Shown here piece by piece: positions 50,490-61,186 of a stretch of DNA of 64,000 nt (the stretch's first letter is position 1; each line of letters begins with the position of its first letter). Position numbers and translations under genes: made by a program. The notes beneath the pieces were generated by a model. It was not told the DNA's origin, made no database searches, and saw nothing but the letters and a program-made list of their open reading frames with translations. Source of the DNA: Tubiluchus corallicola (Eukaryota > Animalia > Priapulida); NCBI GenBank assembly GCA_030141605.1, contig JAQGDQ010000178.1, positions 310,001 through 374,000 of the forward strand, read 5' to 3'.

Positions 50490-52358
50490 TTAGCAATTAA
50501 AAGGGTTCAATTTTACCTCTTCAACAGAATTCCACAGATCAGCAATATCATCCATCCAAATTTCACTCAGCTGACTTTTCTTCACTAAATCTATGATTTG
50601 CTCTCTTGTCAGCGTCATCACGCCCTCTTTAGTCGGCAGAGTGTTGTTCTTAATGTGTGTCGAGATCGCTTCCGCGCTCAATGCTATCAAGTGAGGCAGA
50701 GAGAGGATGCTTTTGCGAATATGGTCACTAAGCACATTTACATTAGTAAGAATGTAGTGAGGCATGTATCCTTGCTTACAACAATCACTGATATAACTCA
50801 GTATGCTTAACACCCGTTCAATGACTCTATCTGCTGCCCAAAACTCATCAGCAGCAAACTTCTGAGATTCATGAAGAAAAGCTGTTTTCAAGAGATATGA
50901 ATCGATTAATTTACCAGGTTGAAATTTTGTCACACAAAACAAGCTCACAATGTCGATGCGATACTTGTCTATCAGATGCTTCCTCACATACAATTTTTCG
51001 CCTTCCAAGTGCTCTTTAATATCTACGTCTGGACTAGCACAGTACAAATGTCCACTCATTAATGATTTCAGTAAAATCATCACCTGTTTCTTACAAACTG
51101 GCATCTCCTTTATTCTCTGACTTTCCATCACTGCCGCTGACATAGTCCAGATGGTTAAATCGGACACATCTGTGTATGGTTTACAGACAACATGGCAGGG
51201 AATTTCCGAACAAAGTGATTCTACTGATGCATCGGCTCCAAGTTTTTCCGGCATTTCCAATACAGGGGAAACATCCAGAGAAATACAGAGTGCTTTGTAA
51301 TGATTGCCATGATAGATAAACTTGAAAGTTGTGCAGACTTTGTTCCACTCTATATTAATTAAGCAAAGTGATTCCTCAAACTGTGATTCGTTAAGAGCGG
51401 CATCCATTGCCTTACATATCAACATAACAAACAAATCTTTTATTTCGATAGTGAGAAACTCTTTATCAAGAAACTCAGCATAGAGTTTTTGTTTATTTTC
51501 ATCACGCACATGCACCTTTACAAAACCGGATGGAAGGCCATCAACTAAGGTGCAGTCACATAAATTTTTCAACACAACGAAAAAATCAAACTCATCTGGC
51601 AGACCGCACTTAATGCCACATGAGCTACTGCCAACGAGAATAGGACTTGCATCAAATCTGACATCAGTTTCCCTCATCTTTCTGCAGACATGGTTTAACA
51701 GAGCCGTAATTCTTTCTAAAATGACTTCATTTTCTTCGGTACAAGGAAGACGACCAACTGAAGGAATCGTTACGATGTCTTCAATGCATTTACATTCTTT
51801 AATACCCCGACTTCGTTCTGACAAAAACAAATCTTTACTAGGTGAATAATCATCAAGCTTTCTTGTCACATATAAAGATCTTAACAAAAACCCAATCAGC
51901 TCTCTTAAACCTTTGTTGAACCCTGTGTTATTTGCCTGGTTAATAAAAATTTCTACAGCGGTTTTTCCGTCATCATTCTTTTTGGCAATATCAATACCAT
52001 GTTTCACTAACTCAAGTACAGTGCAGCGCTTCTCTTCAAATATGTCACTTTCAGCATTGTGTAAAACAGTAGCACTGTATTTGCAGGCAGCTTCATGTAA
52101 TGCTGTGTTGCCAACATCATTTACCGCTGTAACATCAGCACCATTATCTAATAGCACACCAAGGATTTTGGAATAACCACGAGCAGCAGCACAAATTAGT
52201 GCAGTATTTCCGCGCTTTTTGTCTTTGATTTCTGTATTGGCACCCTTTTCCAGAAGTTCCTTAACATCACAGATTCGATTTAGAAAAACAGCCCGATGGA
52301 GCTGTGTACAACCACTAGAATTCTTCTTATTAATGAAAAAGTTTTGAAAAGCGCTCAT
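50490..52358 (-). CDS. Ankyrin-repeat plus cGAS/Mab-21-like nucleotidyltransferase (cGLR family)
   Basis: ANK repeats GCTQLHRAV..LLEKGAN, GNTALICAAARGY..LLDNGAD, GNTALHEAA, GKTAV. NTase motif VGSSSCGIKCGLPDEFDF plus SLDVSP. Mab-21 C-lobe motifs SYLLKTAFLHE and YMPHYILTNVNVL. Acceptor tttttatccag at 52362 lies just before the ATG at 52358. Confidence 0.88.
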   Translation of the reverse strand: MSAFQNFFINKKNSSGCTQLHRAVFLNRICDVKELLEKGANTEIKDKKRGNTALICAAARGYSKILGVLLDNGADVTAVNDVGNTALHEAACKYSATVLHNAESDIFEEKRCTVLELVKHGIDIAKKNDDGKTAVEIFINQANNTGFNKGLRELIGFLLRSLYVTRKLDDYSPSKDLFLSERSRGIKECKCIEDIVTIPSVGRLPCTEENEVILERITALLNHVCRKMRETDVRFDASPILVGSSSCGIKCGLPDEFDFFVVLKNLCDCTLVDGLPSGFVKVHVRDENKQKLYAEFLDKEFLTIEIKDLFVMLICKAMDAALNESQFEESLCLINIEWNKVCTTFKFIYHGNHYKALCISLDVSPVLEMPEKLGADASVESLCSEIPCHVVCKPYTDVSDLTIWTMSAAVMESQRIKEMPVCKKQVMILLKSLMSGHLYCASPDVDIKEHLEGEKLYVRKHLIDKYRIDIVSLFCVTKFQPGKLIDSYLLKTAFLHESQKFAADEFWAADRVIERVLSILSYISDCCKQGYMPHYILTNVNVLSDHIRKSILSLPHLIALSAEAISTHIKNNTLPTKEGVMTLTREQIIDLVKKSQLSEIWMDDIADLWNSVEEVKLNPFNC

Positions 52359-55300
52359 AATCTGGATAAAAACAATTGAAACATCACTGAGCATAATGAC
52401 ATTAGTTCATATAGTCTCAAGCATAACTCCCTCAGGACCGCACCATTCAAAATAGGTTTTATAGGACCTGACTTCTCTGCTACTGTGCACTTGATTGGAT
52501 AAAATTAAGAAAAACATGCCCTATTCACACACTCCAACTTAGCCTATCGAGTACCTTAGTGTGGTATACATTTGCGTGATTGTATACACTGCTTTATTGA
52601 TCGCTTATTTGCGGCAGCCCAAGAGAGCAGTATGCTGTACAGAGTTCCAGGTAAACTTAACCGATCAGCCAGGAGAAATTAAGGTTGTATCTTCTTTTAA
52701 CAGAAATTTCTCCTTAAAAATAACGTAGACATGAGGCCAAAGTGTGTCAGAGTGTTGTGCATTTGCCAATTTCACACAAGTGATACCCTACATTGTTATA
52801 GTACAAAATCTGCAGCTAATGAAAGCTTTTCCAATTTTTTTGGAAAAAATAGATTTTTAATTTGTCTAAGGTAAGCAAATGTATTTCATATATAATTTTG
52901 CATGAAAATCCATTGTGCAAGGAGTAGGAATCTAAAAAATTATCAAATATAACATAATCGCTGCTAGTCAGAGCAGTTTTTTATGAACCTGTGCAAAATA
53001 CAGCAAATGCTTACAGTCCTGATGGAGATAAAGAGTCACGTTACTAATATTAAACATGTCAGGTATTAAACCATAGAACTTATAAGGAAACATTTACCAT
53101 ACTTGAGTTGAAAAAGAATCAAAACTGTTCAAGTGTACGATAGCGGGGCTAGAACGATACAACCAGGTCACGAAACGATACTAACATTACAATACGATAT
53201 ATGTCACGATACACCTGAGTTAGCATTTGGAAATTTTTACACTAAAAAACAGATGGAGCCGTTGATAATAAATGCTAAACTTATTTTACCATCTACAGTT
53301 TTAGGATAACTAAATGCTAAAATAACTCCACAAACTATTTGAATTTTTATCTAATATGTCAAGATACAATAATTTTATGTAATGTTTACTCAGTACATGG
53401 ACTATTGTAGACATTTCTTGTACAACGTACAGGCTAAGGCCGAAATACCAAACTCAAAAAATTCAACAGTTTTTGGAAGACCAAAATGTTCAAGGCTAAG
53501 TGACAGTTCTTTTGACATAATTTTGTTAGTTTTAATAGCTTTCATTTACATATTAGAATTTGGTGCCTACATGCTGACTTGGAGTTTACAGTAACAAAAA
53601 GTGACTTTAAATTAATGATTCAAAGCTGCAAAAGTGGATTATCTGTTAAGTTTCAAAGCAGCTGTAATATATTATTGTTGGAAGTTTGGGGTTGTTAATG
53701 TCAAATTTTCTAAGCAAGTTCCAAAGCCTTCATCAACAGTTACACCATTACTATTCATAGGCAGCTGCATGTCAGACCAGATGAACATTTATATGCAGCA
53801 AAGAAAATGGGCAAAACATGCATTTATTATTTAAAATAGTCAGATAGAAAAAATTGATCGGTCAAAACACTGTAGAAATTTGTTCAACAGTATGGCAACA
53901 AAGTTAAATCTGCAACAGAAGCAGTAAGAAAGCACTTTTAGCTGCTGAAAAATTGTGCTGTATTCAATAACTGTAATGTTTCTACTGTAACAATTTGCTG
54001 TAATGTTGTAATTGTATTATTATTACTGTTAATAAATATTTATTATGTCACACTTCATTCTTTTTAAAAAGCCCGCTCTTTGACTGAAACTGTTATCAAT
54101 GACTTTACGAAGCAATGTATCTAGACTAAGATACAAGCTGACATATTCTGCAATATTAGATGTTAATTTAACATGTCAATTGTGTGCAACAATCATGACT
54201 GGAATGGATGCAACTTACTGTCACACTAAACACGTTACATATCATTTATACAGTGTGTTCAAAAATAGGGATGCAGTACTGCATCTCATTTTTAAACACA
54301 TGTTCCTATTGATACATGGTGGCAGAATGATCTTACTCTCACACTCAAATCAAATCATTTAATTTTCATCCCAAAAATAATACATAGAAAAATAGGTATA
54401 AATTAAAAAAACAAATGGGAAGGAGTGGTGATGAACATTACTTATCGAATCAGCCACTCAAGACACTGATAGAGTACATGACAATGCTTAACAAATCTGC
54501 GCAAAATTTTGTTAATGCATCAAGTCGTAAAAAGGATGTTATGTTTAAAACACACAAGGGTCATATAAGACCACTGTCATTCAATCATTAGACGTGCAAG
54601 AATAAAAATTTTAACAGCATGCCAACAGCTACCTGGCCTGGATGTTTGAAACAGCAAGCGCTTGTCTACAGTACAAAATATAGAATACACAGAAATGCTG
54701 TTAATAATCGCAGATGATTGACAGCACCATCTCCACAAACTACAGCATCTGTATTTTGCTAACCATGCAGAATGCGGACGTGGAATGCATGTTACATCTA
54801 ACACTATATATAGCCTAGTACTTTAACTGCCTGTCATTTCAAAACTATTTAATTATTCGAAATGTGTTTTTTTAAATATATGCTTATAGTGCTATTAAAT
54901 GAGCACACTTGCAGCTGTGGTGGCGCACTCTATAATTTTTGTTCAACCACCCTAAGTTATAAAGTGCAAAGCCTAACATAACATTAACCCGTACCGTATT
55001 GAGATCTAAAGGATTAGACTTAAGTACTCTCACAACATGCACTCCTACACGCCAGACATTGTATTTTCATTTGATAACTGACAAACTTAATGTGCAATGA
55101 ATTCAACTATTCGTGAGACACTAATAAGTAATTCATACGCTTTGGTGAGGTCAATATTACAGCAAACTACCAATTCCGGGCAACTCGTGCTCAACTTCTA
55201 CAATATCAGAAATCTTTGAAATAAAATTTAGAACAAGGAATTTAGCTAAACCAAGGATCTAGAGTCTAGACTTAAATATAATATAGGAAGTGTAACGAAA

Positions 55301-55499
55301 ATTTCTGCCTGTTACAAAAACAGCAGATAAGTATTGCTCCACCACTTAAGAATCTAACCTGTGTTGGTTTTGCCAAAGTTTTATTAGGGACAGTTTTATT
55401 AAGAGAACATACCGATTCTTGTACGTTGCTTAAAACTTGTCCCTGTTTAAGTAATGAATCTGCAAACAGCTGCAATGTATGGGGAGTCATGTCTGAGGG

Positions 55500-56884
55500 G
55501 TCTTCATGAAGTTCTTCATGAAATTAGATCAACTTCCATAGGTTCTGAATTATCTGGAAAGCACGATCTAAGATATTGGCACATCTCCACGGGAGCTCCC
55601 CTGTTAGCGGCTTCTGTGATTGCCAAAGTTAGAGTTCGGGGGGCTCTCTGAGTAAGTATTGACGCGCCTGGTCCCCTCGTATACCCAGTGTAAATAATTG
55701 TACCAAAAATGATTGAAAGGCTGGGTTTACAATTTCATCTTCTGACGTTTTTGCTATTCTTGCTAATTTGAGTATCCTGTCGCCAAAAGCCTGTATGGTC
55801 TCCCCCTTCTGTTGCCTAGCTCGAGTTAATCCAATGAAAGCCTTATTGATTTCTAGTCGGTCTGCGTATAGGTCTCTTAGGGCGTTTCGTAATTCGTGTG
55901 CTGTTCTCGTCTCAAGATTTGGGTATTTACTCACAAAGTTTGCGGCTGCCCCTGTAATAGTGCCCAAAATCAAATGCTTGTAGGCGGTGTCCCTTGATGT
56001 CAATAATGTAGGGGTTAAGTTTAGAGACTGCTCTATATTATCAATCCAATCTCTATATTTGAGAGTGCAGGGTTCTCCTGAAAATTTCGGTAAGTGTTGA
56101 ATTTGGCGAATTAATGTTTGTTGTACTTTAGTGTCTTTTAGATGAGTGCCCAATTCATATAAAAATTGGGTCTGATCACTAGCCCGTTTCAAATCACCTA
56201 TTTTTTCTCCTTGTTTTAAAATCTGAGCAGCTTGGGTTTGTAAGATTTTATCACTATTCTCGCATCTTTGACTCAACTCATGAAATTGATTTGCTAAAGC
56301 ATTATAGGTATCAATACACACATGCTGAGCTTCAGGTGCTGGAGATTTAGTCGCCATTGAGAAAGTTTAATAGAGGTTAAATTTAAGAAGTCTATTTGCG
56401 CTGCGCAATTTACAGTGCATTATAGAATTAATCTTTACAACCCTCCAATATCTTGATATTCAAGTTAGTGTTACAACCCTCCAAAATGTTTGATATACAA
56501 GTTAGAGTTTATCTACAACCCTCCTTGACTTTAGAATACAAGCAACCGTTATCTCTTACACTCACTGACACAACCAGGAAAGGTACATAAGTAAAATATT
56601 AGGGTGGAGAAAGAACGTGCATGTACTCGCGACAAATTTGTAGACGTCAAGATGTGTGGCAGATCAATTACAGCTTTATTCATGTCTGCTTGGATTAGCG
56701 TTGTTTGTGAAAACGCAATGAAGCCAGGTTACTAGAATCTCTCTCTGTGTAGAATAAATCGGAACTAGTCACAAGTACCAGTAAAATTTATGAGTGATGT
56801 TTATGAGCTGTGTCGTATAGTGGTAGTACTTGTTGGTGGATTATTGAGGAGGCCGCAGCCATTTATTGATGTGAGGTGGTGACA
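55500..56884 (-). mobile_element. Truncated Ty3/Gypsy-like LTR retrotransposon: putative 5' LTR (about 56639-56884) and frameshifted gag (55629-56357)
   Basis: Gag motifs LPKFSGEP..YRDWI and QQKGETIQAFGDRILKLA; after a frameshift near 55640 the frame continues RTLTLAITEAA...EPMEVD. The LTR runs TGTCACC...GTCTACA and contains AATAAA; three ttacaaccctcc repeats lie in the leader. No pol and no 3' LTR were seen. Confidence 0.8.
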
Positions 56885-57479
56885 AAGCTATAAGATCTGG
56901 ATTGATGAGCGACTAACACATTTATTTCACAATAATATATTACATGGTAAAATACATATCATAGCTCTGCCAAACCGCCCATGACCTGTTCTTGCTTCTT
57001 CGAGATCCCCACGTGATCTGACCGTCTCATTCCACTTGGCTTCCTTCAGCTTTTTGGACTCACAGTGCATGCGTTATAATTGTTGCCAGTCTGACAGTTC
57101 AGACGAGCAATGTCCATATTTGGAACTCTCAGCAGATCTAGTCACATGACAGCCGCACCTAAAATCATGGCTTCATTTCTACATATCTCTCATATCCCCT
57201 TATAGAGTCGTTTCATTACTGAACTACTAATACTAATCATACAATTAGCATCTTCTCTTTACTTAAGGAGTGCTGTTCAAAAACTTTTCCATATTACGAG
57301 GGATGGGAACTGACCTTCTTAAGCTCTCGCCCAGACAAAACGAGTACACATTAAACGGTGCTGAAGAGTCGCCGTTGATGAAAACTTTTCCACACAGATA
57401 AATATTTTAATCTTCCCTTACAGTAAAGAAAATTTTCTCATTAATCCAATTTCCTTTCTACTGAACCACATTCCCTCTA

Positions 57480-59640
57480 CCAACCTCTGCTATAAATTGA
57501 AAGAGATTTGCCCTTGTGTCCAAAACCACTCCCCTCCTAGTCATTTCTTTGAAAACATTTTGGCAGTTTTTCTAATAATTTGAAAGGTTTTACGTTGCCT
57601 TTATGCACAAACGATGATATATGGTGCGATCCCACGATAGCGTGAAATGCTGAAAGTGCAGTATGAAGATTTGGTCCTAGCTCTTTACATACTGTTGTCA
57701 CACTATTGTACCTGCGGTTGTTTTTCATGGAATTGACAAGGAGTGGAGTGGTTTTTCACACAACAAAGGAAAGCATCTTTCAGTTTATAGCAGAGGTCTA
57801 TGGAGCCAAGGATACAATCAGTCTAAGTCACTGCAGGTACCAAAAATTCATGTAAACATATGGACCGAAGGGCAATGGAAACAATTTGCTGTCCAATTTG
57901 ATTTAAATTGATTTTGGGGAGAGCAACTGATCTTTATTTAGTAGGGAGAAACGAAAATATTTGCAAAGTGTCACTAACGTACTGAAAGTGTGATTTAAAC
58001 TGATTTAGAGGTACTTTAATTAGTGGTGTCATTACATAGCGCAGCAATTTGAATACTTAAGAATCACAAATAAGCGATTTCCCTAGCAAAATTCATCATT
58101 TAAGAACTACTAATCTTTATTCAGTAAGGTTTAAAGATGTCATTGCAAAGTTTATGCTTGAACATTATCCTGCAGTCTAGAATGACAAAGCTAACATGTG
58201 CATCACTGTAATAGTTGTCAAAACACATAAAGACTTGCTCACCATAGATGTATTTTAAAATAAAATTAATAAATGTTTTAATATAATTTAATATGTAATT
58301 AATATTATAAATAATAATAGATAGATTCTAATGATAGCTTTTAATAACATACTTTTAAACTCACATTCTAAAACCACTACTTCTAAAGTCACATTCACCG
58401 ACATATTTACGTGGTGCAAACAAGACTTGTTTATCTGGACACATTTACATCTGCCACAGAACCATTTGCTTTGTGGTAGCAACATTTAATAAGTTGTTGA
58501 AACTCCTTTGATTCTTTAGAATACAAAATCCAGTGTGATTTCCTTCCTAGTTCAGTAAAACTTTTCTAGCCAGAGTCAAATGGTGATAGTAAAGTTTAGA
58601 GCAGCATCAGTACCTGGTTCGAACAATTCTGCCTAATGTGCAACCTGTTTGGTGTGCTCCAATATAGCATCCTTGTGGACAAGTCTTTAAGTGCTTCGTC
58701 ATCTGTCGCAGTGATGCACGTGTTGGCTTTGTCATACTAGAGTGCAGGAAAAAGAGACACCAAATTCTGCAGTTAACTCTTCAAACACTTACCATTGCAG
58801 ACCGGGCTATCCTTTTCCACTCCACGAAAATCTGATCGCAGCTAGTAAAAGCTGGCATAACCGATTCTTTTCGGGGCAAACGGCATTCACAATTTCACAA
58901 AAAGTTATATACCTAAAGTATTTGCCTGTTTCAGACATTAAGCAGAGTGTAGCAATTAATGTTCCTAACACATTATATTATACTGTACGTGTAATATTCA
59001 TTCGAAGAAAAATACCAGCATTCATGCATAACTTTGCCATAGTGTGCCTGTATATTAGTTGACAATTGAGCATATTAGTTGATAAAACAGGTAGATTGCT
59101 CACAATTTCCAAAAGATATGGCTCCTATGAGCAGGCAACATTCATCTTGTTGGCCATTTTGAATGCTGTGGCCACATTGGGTAATTTTCGATTGACTCAA
59201 CATCTAAAATTAATCAACGATGGGTTTTAGCATTGTGTAAAGTTTCATGCTTTTAAGGCAAAATAAGTAATTGCGTCATCTTTGTGGAACACTTGCAGGC
59301 ATCTTGAAATGGGGTGACATTATAAAGGCAATTAAGCATCAGATGTGGATTCTTTGACCTTAAAAACTTATATCAAGATGTCAAAATCATAATCCTGTAT
59401 GCTCTTTTTAAACTGTGCTTAAATTACGTTATGCAATGTATGTGAAACGAACTGATTAAAATTGAAATTGACAAAACTCTGATATCTAGCCCTTATCAGT
59501 TAGCAACAACCATGTTGTCAGCCATCTCGAAAATTGCGGTCATATTGGACAAATTTCTATTGGCTCCATTATCAAAATTAATTACCTTAACGAGCTCTAG
59601 CACTATGCAAACTTTCATGCTTTTGAATCAAAAGGAGCAT
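57480..59640 (-). mobile_element. Rearranged remnants of an Academ-like (XPG nuclease plus Cys-rich) DNA transposon
   Basis: ALSAFHAIVGSHHISSFVHKGNVKPFKLL resembles the XPG/FEN1-type H3TH motif (HAxTGCDxxSxFxxKGK). 58400-58690 (-) gives KDAILEHTKQVAH* and LIKCC..CGRCKCV...C. Repeats such as gccattttgaa and aaagtttcatgct occur at 59140-59640. The family assignment is inference. Confidence 0.55.
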
Positions 59641-60179
59641 CTTTTTCACCACTCTGATAGACCAAATACCCATTCCCAGGTCAAATGGTGGCCATCTTTT
59701 TCGCAGCGCTCAAATTTCAGCTTAATTTGGATATGTTATTCACCGGACCAAATGTACTGCACTGATAGGCCCCATTGATTCACACATATTACAAGACATT
59801 CAAAAAGATATAAAGACTTTGGACACATTTAGCAAACAACACAACTTTACATTCCAAGCGTTATGTTATATAATCTCATTAACAGTGCCCTTTCTGTGTT
59901 GAGGGTTTGAATATCGTCCACAAATTAGTAAAATTAAACTCCAATAACGATCCAACTAATGCACATAGGGCTCCTCGATTATCCTTTTTGAAAAAAAGTA
60001 AAAGGTGACTGTAAACGAATTACAAAACAAAAAGCAAATGAACAGAAAAAAACCATTGAAACATAGGTACAAGGTCAGACTGAGAACTTCCATAACGGAA
60101 GCTGCTGTCAAAGCTGCTCCTTATTTATTCCTAAACACAGTTTGTTAGCAATCTTTTGCTGATATTTTTTCATCAATAG

Positions 60180-60385
60180 ATACTGTCGATGAATGTATAA
60201 TACTGTAAACTAAATTTATCTGGACAATCATATTTTTTGTCTTCTTACTGTGTCATTGTAGCCTCTTATCTTGATTAGGAATAATCATCAAATGTTCAAG
60301 TTATCATGCTTATAATCGTTCAACTGTTAAAGCTATGCTTTGTCTTTACAATTCGACCAGTCAACCTTACATGCAATGCAGCAGT
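60180..60385. repeat. About 205-bp direct repeat, also present at 63786-64000
   Basis: tactgtcgatgaatgtataatactgtaaa...tttatctggacaatcatattttttgtcttcttactg...aaccttacatg.aatgcag in both places. Confidence 0.9.
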
Positions 60386-60649
60386 CATTACTGTGTGTTA
60401 CCTTATTGCAAGCAATTTTTTAATCTGAGTTAGATTCAAACCTAAAATTGTAGATTAGTATAGTTCGGCAATTCAACTACAAGAGTTCTCTATTATTAAA
60501 ACGCCTGAAACATGGTACAATCAGTATGATTTCTGCTCACAATTTTTAAACAAATATGTGTTTTTCTGCAGAACTAAATCAAGGGATATGCTTGTTCTTC
60601 ATGAGGCTTGTCTTTTATTAATGATTTGAAAATTTGTTTGAAAATTTTA

Positions 60650-60763
60650 AAAAATAATATCGATTCAGATTCCAAATCTTGAAAATTTTGCTTGGTTAGA
60701 GTTCTAAGGTCAAAAGTTCGATTACATTTGAATTCGCTTTCTGATAGAGAATGCTCACCGCAA
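60650..60763 (-). mobile_element. hAT-like ttcgaa-rich MITE end, copy 3
   Basis: Reverse complement reads ggtgagcattctctatcagaaagcgaattcaaat, matching 3249 and 33981. Confidence 0.6.
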
Positions 60764-61186
60764 ATTTAGATTGGCCGATGACTTTGTTCTGGTCACATTT
60801 GTATAAAAAAATAAGTGGAAATGATGTAATGATTTCGTTTTACCAGAAGTTTTTTATTTGAAAATAGATAGAAAAAATCTTGATACACTAACATAGCAAA
60901 AGACATGCAGTTACGAGGTGATGTTTTCCCTACTGAAGCTAAGTAAGAATAAATTTACAAGTTTGTGCATTTAAAATTTTGCTCAATGACTTACATAGTA
61001 TAAGACTCATGGGCATTAGCTACAAACATACATTATAATAATTCATTATACAGTTGTGAAAAATTTACACATTAAATAATTTCAGCATAAAAACAAAACA
61101 AACTCCTTGCATCACACAATGTGGTCAAATTGTTTGAATGATGTTAGGTATTCATTAACTAATAATGTTTCTTGTCTTTGCTTCTG

